A DNA stretch of 34,932 nucleotides from Nitrososphaerota archaeon (lineage in GTDB: Archaea; Thermoproteota; Nitrososphaeria; Nitrososphaerales; UBA57), in NCBI GenBank assembly GCA_022572285.1, contig JACZWF010000002.1, positions 1 through 34,932 on the forward strand. Reading direction: 5' to 3'. Position numbers and translations under genes: made by a program. Under the pieces are notes generated by a model. It ran no database searches, had not been told where the DNA came from, and was given only the letters and a program-made list of their open reading frames with translations. This document shows, one piece after another, positions 7,703 to 16,351 of this stretch (positions within the stretch are counted from its first letter, which is position 1; each line of letters opens with the position of its first letter).

Positions 7703-8299
7703 CTAATCGTATTTTCCACCGACGGTTAGATATCTTGCGTTTCGTTGATTCTTAGGCATGATTACTCGAACTCCTCCTATAGTCCAATAGTCTTTTATCC
7801 CTCTGCTATCGTTTCGATGGACTTCGCTTATTCTTGTGCTTGTGTGCTTGCCGAGTATTTTCAGGCCCAGATGAAGTAGCTCGTGTGATATGCTCCAAGT
7901 TGCTGCCTTATTCCATCCCCTATGCCACCATCTCACCTTGCTGAAGTATCCATAGACTAACTTCTGCCTATCGAAGAATCCCATCCAACTCCCGATTGGG
8001 AAAGTTCCCATGGCAATGATCCAGTCGAACTTTGTGTCATAGCCTTCTTGGTCGATTATTTCGTAGAAGTGATTTAGGTCTGTCCAGGGATATTGTAATA
8101 CCTGAACTGTTATATCGAAATCAAGACCCATCTTTTCCTTAAGCCATATTGTTAGGAAAACTGCGATCTCGAAGGCTGCGGTCTCATACTTTTGTATTCT
8201 TTGAGACCCACCGAACACCAAGTCCCAATAGGTGCTAGGGATAAGGACTTCTAGGAGAGCCGTTTGCTTACGCATTGGTGGTGGCTTACTACTTGCCAT
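7703..8299 (-). CDS. putative zinc metallopeptidase (HExxH motif); candidate lysin
   Basis: WSISHELLHLGLKILGKH contains HExxH plus a downstream His. The protein is aromatic-rich and looks globular. The start is taken at MASSKPP (8299); the track start is 8332. Confidence 0.45.
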   Translation of the reverse strand: MASSKPPPMRKQTALLEVLIPSTYWDLVFGGSQRIQKYETAAFEIAVFLTIWLKEKMGLDFDITVQVLQYPWTDLNHFYEIIDQEGYDTKFDWIIAMGTFPIGSWMGFFDRQKLVYGYFSKVRWWHRGWNKAATWSISHELLHLGLKILGKHTSTRISEVHRNDSRGIKDYWTIGGVRVIMPKNQRNARYLTVGGKYD

Positions 8300-8474
8300 T
8301 TGATTTTGAAGCCTTCCCGAACAAGTAACCAATTCCTGCGGAGGCTAACATTACAACGATCTGAGCGTCATTGATTGCTACCCCGTATAGCATACCAGTT
8401 ATGACTAGACCTGCCGCGACCCAATTTGCGATTTCAGCTCTTCCACCTTCAGTTACCTTATTGTCTTCCGGCAT
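8289..8474 (-). CDS. small two-helix membrane protein (holin-like)
   Basis: 61 aa with hydrophobic segments IANWVAAGLVITGMLYGVAI and IVVMLASAGIGYLFG, and a charged C-terminus KASKSNGK. Confidence 0.5.
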   Translation of the reverse strand: MPEDNKVTEGGRAEIANWVAAGLVITGMLYGVAINDAQIVVMLASAGIGYLFGKASKSNGK

Positions 8475-8475
8475 A

Positions 8476-8832
8476 TCAAGCGGTCTCGGGTCCAGTTGTC
8501 TTTAAGAGTTGTCCTTTGGTCGAGCCGGGAGTTGCGAGTGAACTGCTCTCCAAGAACATATCCATCATATCAGTGAATTTCTTCCAAAGCCATTCGCTCT
8601 TCTTCTCTGGGTCCTTGAAGTGGTCGAGAATTTGGGAGGCTGAGTAATAGTTAGACATTGCCTGGACGGTCTTGAAACCTGGGTCACTTGCCGTCCAAGT
8701 TCGCCCGGTTCTTTCGTTAATCAGATCGTCAGCTTTTGCTATTGCGTTATTGTATTGAGTTTCGTCTACCTCATCATCAGGGATATTTCCACTAAGTTCT
8801 TTCACTTCATCCCTTTGTCCGTAGACTACCAT
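8476..8832 (-). CDS. gp6-like head-tail connector protein
   Basis: 118 aa directly after the capsid gene. The block DDEVDETQYNNAIAKADDLINERTGRTW resembles the phage gp6-like connector family. AAGGAGT lies upstream. Confidence 0.55.
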   Translation of the reverse strand: MVVYGQRDEVKELSGNIPDDEVDETQYNNAIAKADDLINERTGRTWTASDPGFKTVQAMSNYYSASQILDHFKDPEKKSEWLWKKFTDMMDMFLESSSLATPGSTKGQLLKTTGPETA

Positions 8833-8947
8833 TTGCTTCTATAACTCCTTCCATCCTTTAAGGTCTTTTTTGACAATAATAAACAGAGTCGACGGGAGTT
8901 GTGCTTCTCCCGTCGTTGGGTTCTTGTGTGTTCTGGGGTGATTATGA

Positions 8948-10030
8948 CTAAGCAGTTCTGAAGGCCGTGATCTTGAAGCCTGCAAGATCTCTCTGCAATG
9001 CCTTTACCCATTGCATTGACATGACTGCCCCCTCAACACCTTCTCTAATATCGATGAAGTCTTCAATCTCCAAGTCTTGTCTGAGTCCTACTGCGACACA
9101 CTTCTGCTTGTTGACTACGATGACCGTTGCGCTAGTTGCTGCGTCTGCGTCTAGGATGAGAACTTCAACATTGCCCCGGGTGCCATCTATCTTCAGCTTT
9201 CCAGGTCCGGTGTTGTCGATCTTGTCGTTATACAATTTGTTCAGCCAGGGGAAGTTGCTGGTTGATTGGTCGATTCTCATGTGGGCTGCGTCAGTCGGGT
9301 GCATTAATGCGAGGTTGGGGATGAACTTGTTAGTTGGGATCCTGTCGTCGATTACTGTGAACATTGCCGAAGTCGCGATAGCTGGGGTTCCATCTAGGTT
9401 TGCCCTAGTATCGGTTTGAGTGAGGTTATTGATGTAAAAGTCGTTAACGTCTTTCTCAACCGTAACTGCGACGGCTTCTCCTGCGGACTCTAGCGTATCT
9501 TCGAGAGCTGGATAATTGGCATCTCTCAACCAGCTTCTCGGGATTGTAATTTCTCCTCTGAATAGACCGCTCTCTCCAGTTGCATCGAGTGAAGCCGTGG
9601 GAATCTGCCCACCCATCTTCGGAGCTCGAGTCTCTTGTCCTGCTGGATCGAAGCGGAAGTCGGTTCTGTCAGTGATTGGGATTTCTATCTTCGGGACGTC
9701 CATCGGGACCATTCTCGCCATATCCCTCCAGTCGATGAATGTCTCGGAACCCTTCAAGACGTCAGCCATGATTTTCAGGTTGACCAGGGCTGGGTCGATG
9801 AGGACTGATTCCTTCAGTATGACCTTTGCTCCCATTCGATAGCTTATCTCCTTCATTGAATTTCCAGAGATCTCGTGTCTATACTCGGTTCCGTTGAGAA
9901 TTTCCTTCCATCCAACATTGTTAAGGAATTCGTCAATGGTAATCTGGGCAGGCTCCAGAGTTTCCATTATGGAGGCTACGTTCGCCTCGCCGTATAGCTT
10001 CTCTCTCGTTATTTGATTACTATGTGGCAA
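8948..10030 (-). CDS. major capsid protein (HK97-fold expected)
   Basis: 360 aa in the canonical slot after the protease/scaffold and decoration-like genes and before the connector. The start is TTG with TAGGAGT 9 nt upstream. The call rests on size and gene order only. Confidence 0.7.
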   Translation of the reverse strand: MPHSNQITREKLYGEANVASIMETLEPAQITIDEFLNNVGWKEILNGTEYRHEISGNSMKEISYRMGAKVILKESVLIDPALVNLKIMADVLKGSETFIDWRDMARMVPMDVPKIEIPITDRTDFRFDPAGQETRAPKMGGQIPTASLDATGESGLFRGEITIPRSWLRDANYPALEDTLESAGEAVAVTVEKDVNDFYINNLTQTDTRANLDGTPAIATSAMFTVIDDRIPTNKFIPNLALMHPTDAAHMRIDQSTSNFPWLNKLYNDKIDNTGPGKLKIDGTRGNVEVLILDADAATSATVIVVNKQKCVAVGLRQDLEIEDFIDIREGVEGAVMSMQWVKALQRDLAGFKITAFRTA

Positions 10031-10041
10031 TTTCTATACTC

Positions 10042-10560
10042 CTAGACCGAGGTCCCACCCGTTTGCCTTACGTGAACTGCTATGATATCTCCGTCAGCAG
10101 TTGAAGCTTGGCAAGCCTTCGCGAATATGGATACGGCTGCGAGTATGGCTGTATTGATGTTTCCAGCAACATTGTCAGCTGTGTCATAGTCTACTTTGAC
10201 CGCTCTTCCATCGACTGTAGTGGTAACAAGTCCGTCTCCAATAGCAATGTTCACGGAGTTTCCGTTCACTTTGCACTTGGCGAATCCGAAGGTTACGACT
10301 CTAACATTCTCATCGGCTGCTGAGGCTGCGAGGACTGTAGTTTCCTTGCCTACTTCTCCCCCGACTGCTATACCAATTACTGTGGGTGTGTTCAGGACAG
10401 CAATAGGTTCGACATCAGGTAGATTGTCGGCTGTCACCGCAGGAGCTACTATTATGACCGGGGACCATAAGTCGATTGCCTCGTCACTTATTAGAACTTC
10501 AACAATTGCATTATCGTTGATAGTTCCCTTTCTTACGACTGTTCGGAATAAATCACTCAT
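10042..10560 (-). CDS. head decoration / cement-like protein (DUF2190-like pattern)
   Basis: Strong AGGAGGT upstream. The blocks VIGIAVGG...VRVVTFGFAKCKVNG...IAIGDGL...DGDIIAVHV resemble the DUF2190 beta-clip family. It lies between the protease and capsid genes. Confidence 0.5.
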   Translation of the reverse strand: MSDLFRTVVRKGTINDNAIVEVLISDEAIDLWSPVIIVAPAVTADNLPDVEPIAVLNTPTVIGIAVGGEVGKETTVLAASAADENVRVVTFGFAKCKVNGNSVNIAIGDGLVTTTVDGRAVKVDYDTADNVAGNINTAILAAVSIFAKACQASTADGDIIAVHVRQTGGTSV

Positions 10561-10573
10561 TTCTCATAACCTC

Positions 10574-11920
10574 CTAGTAGGACGCTCTCCTCGAACCTGG
10601 CATGCTAATCTTCCTTCCAGACTTGCCTACCACTTCTAGGGTCTTCGGCTCTTTCTCTCTATGTGTTCTGAGAGCGTTAGCCATGTTTTCAGGTTTTAGG
10701 GCTTCCTTCAGCTCACCAAGAGTTTTTTCCATCGCTCCAACTTGCGTAGCTACTTGTGGATAGCCGGTAAGTTGTGACAGGAGAGCTGGGTCTAGTCCGA
10801 TCATTTTACCCGTCTTCGCGTCCTTAAACTCAATCTTCAGGGACTTGAGAAGATCGTCTGCAAGACCCTCCTTCAAATTCTTGACATAACGATTGATTCG
10901 TTTAAGCTTCTCTGCCATTGGTTCAACAGGATGACATTCACCATCGGGTCCTCTTTCTTGGCCGATTGGACACTCTTGTTCCATCACGACACAAGTTCCA
11001 TCTGGTCCCATGACCTGACCTTCAGGACATTCTTGTTCAGTGATGACACAGGTTCCATCCGGTCCCATGTGCTGACCTGGAGGACATTCACCTGGATGTT
11101 CGGCTTCGCTGAATGTGTGTCTCGCCATTGCTCCAAAACCTAGTTTCAATTCAGGAGGCAAATTGGATTCATCCAGAGCTTTGATAATTGACGGTAAGGT
11201 GACTGCTCTAAAGTCGCTATCTGTCGGCATTGAGTGTGTCTTTGTATTTTCACCATTAAGAGAACTATCCCTCACTCCGAGAGTTTCGATCAAGCGTATC
11301 GAACTCTTTGGGTCTCCAGGGACTTCTCCTTCAGTTATGAGGGCGAGACCTTCGAAGATTAGACCCTTCGGAATTTGAGTTCCGTCGGCTGTGATTTCAA
11401 TCTCTCTAGGAGCTGGAGCTTGAATTGATACGTGTCTGACCTTTCCACTAGCGATTGCTTCCTGCGCTTCTTTGTCAGAGATTGCAGCAATGGCTTCTAT
11501 GACTCCAGACTTTTCACTCCATTCAGCATCAAGGATATCGTTGTGTCCTTCCTTTAGCTTCTCCTTATGGTTCCAATTAATGAATCCACCTATGAGAGTT
11601 CTTGCAGATCTTATGAGTTCGTCGCTACTGTATTTTCTACGGCCGTGTCCTATGTTCTTTGGGTCTGTAATCATTTCATGTAAGGCTTCGATTGCGTAGA
11701 TTTGGGTGTCTGGGTTTGTTTTATTGAAGAGTTTGATTCTCTCCATATTAGGGACCCATTCAAAAGCCTCCTTCCATTCCTTCTCGCTCGCAAGTGGACG
11801 AATGAGAGCCTTACCTTCGAATTGAGCTTGGAGAGCTCCGCACTTGGCTCGACTTTCAGGGGTATCGCCACCCATTGCGATTAGGCATTGATCAAAGGTA
11901 TCGAAGCCTGCAAACGGCAT
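10574..11920 (-). CDS. prohead protease - scaffold fusion protein
   Basis: The N-terminus FDTFDQCLIAMGG...AKCGAL and the blocks FINWNHKE and GKVRHVSIQ resemble HK97-type prohead proteases. The C-terminal ~110 aa is charged and helical (MAEKLKRINRYVKNLKEGL...). It sits between the Mu-F-like and capsid genes. Confidence 0.6.
   Translation of the reverse strand: MPFAGFDTFDQCLIAMGGDTPESRAKCGALQAQFEGKALIRPLASEKEWKEAFEWVPNMERIKLFNKTNPDTQIYAIEALHEMITDPKNIGHGRRKYSSDELIRSARTLIGGFINWNHKEKLKEGHNDILDAEWSEKSGVIEAIAAISDKEAQEAIASGKVRHVSIQAPAPREIEITADGTQIPKGLIFEGLALITEGEVPGDPKSSIRLIETLGVRDSSLNGENTKTHSMPTDSDFRAVTLPSIIKALDESNLPPELKLGFGAMARHTFSEAEHPGECPPGQHMGPDGTCVITEQECPEGQVMGPDGTCVVMEQECPIGQERGPDGECHPVEPMAEKLKRINRYVKNLKEGLADDLLKSLKIEFKDAKTGKMIGLDPALLSQLTGYPQVATQVGAMEKTLGELKEALKPENMANALRTHREKEPKTLEVVGKSGRKISMPGSRRASY
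10934..11089 (-). repeat. three tandem 57-bp / 19-aa Cys repeats (ECPxGQxxGPDGxC)
   Basis: ECPPGQHMGPDGTCVITEQ / ECPEGQVMGPDGTCVVMEQ / ECPIGQERGPDGEC. The repeat is visible at DNA level as well. Confidence 0.85.
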
Positions 11921-11956
11921 TGATCTCTTGAAAGTGGAATTTGGTTAAGAGAACAA

Positions 11957-12388
11957 TTAGGAAGGTTTATTGAGACGTCTAAAGTGTTTTGCGACTTTGA
12001 CTCTCATATCTGACGGAGGTATGCTTCGCTTAAAGATCTTGGCAATGGTGACTCTTGTATCTGGGATTTCTGCCCTGCGCGGTGGCTGACTGGTCCTCAC
12101 CTTCTTGGCGTCTTGATGATCTGTGAACCCTTTGGTCCTCATCTGATTTCTTAGCGTTGCTGTAAATGGTTCGAGTCTGCACCTACAGTTGTAATGAATG
12201 GGAGGTTCGAATGTTGGTGGGAATTCTTGAGCTTGCCAAACCTTTCGATTGAGACGTCTGCACCTATCAGTTGTTCGGCTATCCATTTGGGCGACATACC
12301 TGACGAATTCCCTAGGTTTGTCGAGAGCTTTGATTACTTCGAATATCCTATTGAGCTGGCTTGCTTGCTCTTGTAACTGCTCGCTCAC
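11957..12388 (-). CDS. head morphogenesis protein (Mu F / SPP1 gp7-like)
   Basis: Signature DSRTTDRCRRLNRKVW...PPIHYNCRCRLEP. It follows the portal gene. Confidence 0.75.
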   Translation of the reverse strand: MSEQLQEQASQLNRIFEVIKALDKPREFVRYVAQMDSRTTDRCRRLNRKVWQAQEFPPTFEPPIHYNCRCRLEPFTATLRNQMRTKGFTDHQDAKKVRTSQPPRRAEIPDTRVTIAKIFKRSIPPSDMRVKVAKHFRRLNKPS

Positions 12389-13757
12389 GAATAATCACCC
12401 ATTCTTCAGTTCCGGGTAGTTTCATCTCCATTTCTGGGGCTTCTTCAGGGTCCATCCGTTCGGCGTCGGTGTCTTTCATCAGCTCGAGACCCATATTCTC
12501 AGCATTGCGTCTGAATTCCTTTAACGTAATTCCCCTTGATTCGAGAGCTCCTAAGATGAACTGTGGATCTGGATCAGGTGGATCCATCGGATTCCAATGT
12601 AGTTCTATGTTTGCTGATTCCCATGGCTCGATTGCTATATCGGGGTGACTTCTCCACCATGGCTCGATTATCTTAGAGGTGATTTCTAGGGCCATGATTG
12701 TTTGATATCCTCGATAGTTCAGCTTGGCAAGATGGATTGCTGCCTCAGATGAAGCTCTATTGAAGTCGGGTCTTGTGAATATTCTGGGTGCCGGAGTTTG
12801 AAGAGCCTTTAGGATTTCAGCTTGCTGCAAGTCCATGAAAGACTCGACGTCCATGACTCTACCCCTAGAACCCATCTCTTGAACTTCAGCTCCTTCTCCG
12901 ACTACAAAGTCTTCTCCAGGCTCTAGCACTTTGAGAGTTGACCGATTGGCGTCGAGTTGCTTTTCAGTTGCGCCTGGGAATTTGTAGATGTTTCTCGGGA
13001 CATATCTCCGAATGAGCAGACGGGATTCATCTAGGATCTGAGACTTTGCGTCCATTATTGAGACTGCGAAACGGGTCTCGAACTGGTCTTTGACTTTGAC
13101 GGAATAAGGTCGGTCGATTGTCAGGGCATAAAGGAGACCGAGGCCGTAAATTCCACTGTTAGACTTTCCCCAGGTGAAATGAATGACCTCTTCGGCAGGG
13201 AGCATTTGACTCTTGGTTCCTCTGAGATCATAGGCGATTAGCTTGCCTGTGCCTTTTTCAAACCATACTCTCTTGAAGTCGGATATTGGTAACCAGTTTA
13301 GATCGGAGAAGTTGTTCGCTTCTTTCATCCACCACAAGTTGTTGCCGTATGCGATCGTCTCGAAGACTATGCCATCATAGATCTTTTGATAGAGGTGGGT
13401 TCGCTTCGAGAATTCTTCTATAACTGGGAGAGAGTCTTTGCTTCCAGTGAAATAGATCCCAGGGCCCGCGATTGAATTGCGGGTCCAGTCTAGGGCAAGC
13501 CTGGCGTCTCCGTCATTTTCATACCAAGAGACCTGAGCTGAAAAGGGAGCCTTCGGAGCTAGTGATAGCTTTGCGCTTGTAATGTTACGAAAGTTCGCGG
13601 GGAAGGCTTCGGCTATGCTGATACGATTGTGCAGGATCATATTCTTGTAAGCAGCCATTGAGAGGCGCGTCTTCTCTCTCTCATCCTTTACCGGGGTAAT
13701 TACTGGAGCTTGATTCAAGCTTGGAACACCTTCGTGTAGTAATTGCATGAAGGTCAT
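12348..13757 (-). CDS. portal protein
   Basis: 469 aa between the terminase and Mu-F-like genes, with an acidic C-terminal tail (DPPDPDPQ, MDPEEAPEMEM). The call rests on position and size. Confidence 0.7.
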   Translation of the reverse strand: MTFMQLLHEGVPSLNQAPVITPVKDEREKTRLSMAAYKNMILHNRISIAEAFPANFRNITSAKLSLAPKAPFSAQVSWYENDGDARLALDWTRNSIAGPGIYFTGSKDSLPVIEEFSKRTHLYQKIYDGIVFETIAYGNNLWWMKEANNFSDLNWLPISDFKRVWFEKGTGKLIAYDLRGTKSQMLPAEEVIHFTWGKSNSGIYGLGLLYALTIDRPYSVKVKDQFETRFAVSIMDAKSQILDESRLLIRRYVPRNIYKFPGATEKQLDANRSTLKVLEPGEDFVVGEGAEVQEMGSRGRVMDVESFMDLQQAEILKALQTPAPRIFTRPDFNRASSEAAIHLAKLNYRGYQTIMALEITSKIIEPWWRSHPDIAIEPWESANIELHWNPMDPPDPDPQFILGALESRGITLKEFRRNAENMGLELMKDTDAERMDPEEAPEMEMKLPGTEEWVIIRERAVTRASKPAQ

Positions 13758-13954
13758 GTCTTTTTGGCTCCAGGCATTTTCATCATTATGTTGACATATT
13801 CAATTACATTCTCATAAAAGTAGAATTGCGTATCGCAGTCCGAGCATTTATACCGGGGGAAAATGAACTTTGGGTCGATAGGTGATAGATTGAGCTCTTC
13901 GTGTTCTGTCCTGATGTTGGTTTTTTTACACCGAGGGCAGGAGAGACTACCCAT
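13754..13954 (-). CDS. zinc-ribbon protein, 66 aa
   Basis: CPRCKK ... CSDCDTQF. Its stop overlaps the portal start. Confidence 0.55.
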   Translation of the reverse strand: MGSLSCPRCKKTNIRTEHEELNLSPIDPKFIFPRYKCSDCDTQFYFYENVIEYVNIMMKMPGAKKT

Positions 13955-14112
13955 CTTTGGTTATCTCTTCTTCTCTTAGAATATTTGCAGATGGTGTATT
14001 GTCGATTGCTTCTCTAATGTAGATAAATTTGGATTTATCACATTCCAGAGTGATTTTAATTTTAGTTTTATCGAGAACCATCTAAGACAACATCGTATTT
14101 GCTAGCGCGCGC

Positions 14113-14343
14113 TTAACGTCCACGACGCTTGCAGGGTAAGTCATCTTGTCGGTCCTTCGTGTCACTAGTTGCCGATAGCTCACATCTCGAGCAGGTGAGA
14201 TTCATGGCTCCTGATTGAGTTCTTACTCCGGTCTCTTCCCATGGGTGCTTGTATTCCTTTTCAACTTGTGGAGTTTCCGCAACTGCTACCTCTTTCTTTT
14301 GGCTACCCTTTTGTCCTTCATCCAGAGTATTTTCCTTCGACAT
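14113..14343 (-). CDS. hypothetical charged protein, 76 aa
   Basis: The ATG abuts the stop of the terL nuclease ORF. Contains CSRC. Confidence 0.5.
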   Translation of the reverse strand: MSKENTLDEGQKGSQKKEVAVAETPQVEKEYKHPWEETGVRTQSGAMNLTCSRCELSATSDTKDRQDDLPCKRRGR

Positions 14344-14967
14344 TCAGATTCGATATACCCCTAGATCGACCATGCCTAAAAGTCTTGGTTTGGCAATATG
14401 GCATAAGATTGAGGTCGCTTGAAACCTGTCGTCGTGGGTTCCGCTTGGATGACCGTATTTTGGGCTTGCGGTTCCCTTGCTGACTAGCTCCTGTTCTTTC
14501 AGCTCTCGTTCTAAGGCTCCACCCTTTGCCGATTCGGGTATAATGAAGATTTTGTTTGACATGAAGAATCGCAGATCTGTAACCATCTCATGTTTGAGCT
14601 GTTGACTGTATTTGAGAGGTTCGACGGGAACTCCGGACCGTTGAATGAATTCTGCTAGGGCTACTTCACTGGTCGCGTCAATGCCCAGCTTCAAGAAGGT
14701 TGAGTATTGTCTGATTTCTTGCTTGACATCCTGGGCAATGATTGGGTAAGCCATGTGATCCCATACTTTCAGTCTCTTCAGTAGTAGCCTATTAGATATG
14801 TCCATGAATCTAGGCTCCTGGTCGGGGTCGGGTTGAACCCTTACTCGTATGGGCTGTTCGGTGTGAATGATGGCTCCGATTGCTAGAGCTGTAAAGTCCC
14901 TAGTTCTTGCGACGTCCATGCCTCCCAAATGGCAGAGGGTTTCAAATTGGCTTTCCAAATGGATCAA
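14344..14967 (-). CDS. terL: terminase large subunit, C-terminal RNase H-like nuclease domain (separate ORF)
   Basis: Acidic-triad blocks GGMDVARTRDFTALAIG, LGIDATS and GTHDDRFQA. The track start is TTG with no SD. The frame is closed by a TGA 8 codons upstream of that TTG. Confidence 0.75.
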   Translation of the reverse strand: MIHLESQFETLCHLGGMDVARTRDFTALAIGAIIHTEQPIRVRVQPDPDQEPRFMDISNRLLLKRLKVWDHMAYPIIAQDVKQEIRQYSTFLKLGIDATSEVALAEFIQRSGVPVEPLKYSQQLKHEMVTDLRFFMSNKIFIIPESAKGGALERELKEQELVSKGTASPKYGHPSGTHDDRFQATSILCHIAKPRLLGMVDLGVYRI

Positions 14968-15154
14968 CTGGTTGAGGTATTGGCTCTCTCTTCATCCGTA
15001 TTCTTGACCCTTCTCTCATTTGACGCTTAAACCAAGCTTGGTATTTCCCACACTTCGCCCAATGATTCTCGATTATAGTTTCAAGTCTATCTTCGGATTT
15101 GGCTCCGAATGGAGTCCCGCAGAATTGACATCTCTGCCTGACGAGTTCGCTCAA
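14942..15154 (-). CDS. zinc-binding miniprotein, 70 aa (TTG start)
   Basis: CQFCG...H..KC. Its 3' end overlaps the nuclease ORF start by 26 nt in another frame. Confidence 0.45.
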   Translation of the reverse strand: MSELVRQRCQFCGTPFGAKSEDRLETIIENHWAKCGKYQAWFKRQMREGSRIRMKREPIPQPVDPFGKPI

Positions 15155-15198
15155 TGCTTAATCAGGAATTAAGTCAACCTCTATCTCTGGGAACAGTC

Positions 15199-15390
15199 TC
15201 AACTTGTCGGTGTCGCTTCTTCAATGGTTTGTTGGCCTACTGCTTTCTGACATGCCATCTTCAGACCCAGCATGATTTCTTGTGCTTCCTCCTCTGACTC
15301 GATTCCTGATATTCCTGCGCTGACTGTCCAACCATCTACACCTTTCTTAGTTCGCTTATAGGCTCTCCCAACCGTATATTCTTCTGTCAT
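15199..15390 (-). CDS. hypothetical protein, 63 aa
   Basis: The ATG abuts the upstream stop. A CTTAAT-N5-ATTAAG hairpin (15157-15173) follows. Confidence 0.45.
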   Translation of the reverse strand: MTEEYTVGRAYKRTKKGVDGWTVSAGISGIESEEEAQEIMLGLKMACQKAVGQQTIEEATPTS

Positions 15391-15585
15391 CTATTCACCC
15401 CCTACGTTGAATTCCGTATTCATGTTGATTCGTAGTTTTTGGATCTCGTTTGTAAGTCTATCGATTTGCGTGACCTGTTTAGCGATCAGATTAGCGATCA
15501 TGATGTTTTGTCTCTCAACCATACTTTGTGATTCTTGAGCTCGACCCTTCCAATAGTCGTAATTCGCTTTATTGTGCTTGTTCAT
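15391..15585 (-). CDS. coiled-coil protein, 64 aa
   Basis: Heptad-like sequence MIANLIAKQVTQIDRLTNEIQKLRINM. TAATG overlap with the upstream ORF. Confidence 0.45.
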   Translation of the reverse strand: MNKHNKANYDYWKGRAQESQSMVERQNIMIANLIAKQVTQIDRLTNEIQKLRINMNTEFNVGGE

Positions 15586-15752
15586 TATATTGGAATCGCC
15601 ATTCGGTCAGTTGCCTTTTCATCTGATTTCGTTCCTTTCCTGATACCTGTTATGTCATAGAACCCTCCGTCTTCATCCCATTCGGTCTGTTCTACTTCAA
15701 ATGCTACTTGTTTCGAACAATGTGGGCAAATTAAGACATCTGTTCTTTTCAT
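15585..15752 (-). CDS. miniprotein, 55 aa (not in track)
   Basis: Hand translation: MKRTDVLICPHCSKQVAFEVEQTEWDEDGGFYDITGIRKGTKSDEKATDRMAIPI*. ATGA overlap upstream and TAATG overlap downstream. Confidence 0.45.
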   Translation of the reverse strand: MKRTDVLICPHCSKQVAFEVEQTEWDEDGGFYDITGIRKGTKSDEKATDRMAIPI

Positions 15753-16012
15753 GGTCTTGCCTCTTTGATTCTCTGAGGTTCAGGTGGATTCTTCCGTTCC
15801 TCTTCTAGTCTTCGCATGCGGTTGACGAGGGGTTTGCCTTCAATCGAGGCAATGACTCGGTAGAGTTCGAAGTTGTTTGCTTCAAGACTCTCGCACCTGA
15901 ATTCTTCGAGTAGTTCATCATGAGTTGGGATGAAGTGATCATTTCCGAGTTTCCCGTATAGGAGTTTGTAGAGATCGGGCCATGTAAAAGAGAATGAAAA
16001 GGACTTATTCAT
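15749..16012 (-). CDS. hypothetical protein, 87 aa
   Basis: The ATG lies directly after the upstream TGA. No family recognised. Confidence 0.45.
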   Translation of the reverse strand: MNKSFSFSFTWPDLYKLLYGKLGNDHFIPTHDELLEEFRCESLEANNFELYRVIASIEGKPLVNRMRRLEEERKNPPEPQRIKEARP

Positions 16013-16351
16013 TCAGCCTTCCTCCTCAGGTCTTACAGGCATAAACTCATTGCTCTCGAGTCCAAGTGCATGACAGATCTTCCTAACCCCTCCATGCTTC
16101 TTGCATCTCTGAACGAGATGGCCCTCGAATGTGGCGATGGTCTCCTGATCGCATTGCGGAATGCAGGTTTTGATTACGCTATCCATTATTTTCCCCGGTG
16201 AGATATGTTGTAGGTTCGGCTTGAATTGTGTTCCGCAATCACATTCGCATGGACCTTCATGGATTCCTATTATGTTACAGAAGCAGACGGGTATTTGCTC
16301 TCCATCTTTTTCATAGGTTTCAAAGAATTCGCTTTCAGGTAAGTTACTCAA
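16013..16351 (-). CDS. Cys/His-rich protein, 112 aa (TTG start)
   Basis: CFCNIIGIHEGPCECDCG...CIPQCDQ...CKKHGGVRKICH. The TTG overlaps the terL-ATPase stop. I could not find an HNH, GIY-YIG or LAGLIDADG signature. Confidence 0.5.
   Translation of the reverse strand: MSNLPESEFFETYEKDGEQIPVCFCNIIGIHEGPCECDCGTQFKPNLQHISPGKIMDSVIKTCIPQCDQETIATFEGHLVQRCKKHGGVRKICHALGLESNEFMPVRPEEEG

Noticed and set aside
8826-9011. Minus-strand ORFs nested out of frame inside larger genes (8826-9011, 11671-11871, 16514-16723, 32689-32892, 33981-34169)
   Set aside because: They sit inside well-supported genes (MCP, protease, terL ATPase, the 327-aa protein, the LamG protein) in alternative frames, with no independent signal.
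14942-14967. Frameshift fusion of the 70-aa Zn-binding ORF with the terL nuclease ORF
   Set aside because: There is no slippery heptamer in the 26-nt overlap. The 70-aa ORF has no resemblance to the terminase linker region.
14938-16324. 9-bp direct repeat TTTGAAACC near both borders of the terminase insert (16316-16324 and 14938-14946), as possible insertion scars
   Set aside because: 9-mer coincidences are expected by chance. Deleting the interval between the repeats would not restore a continuous terL frame.
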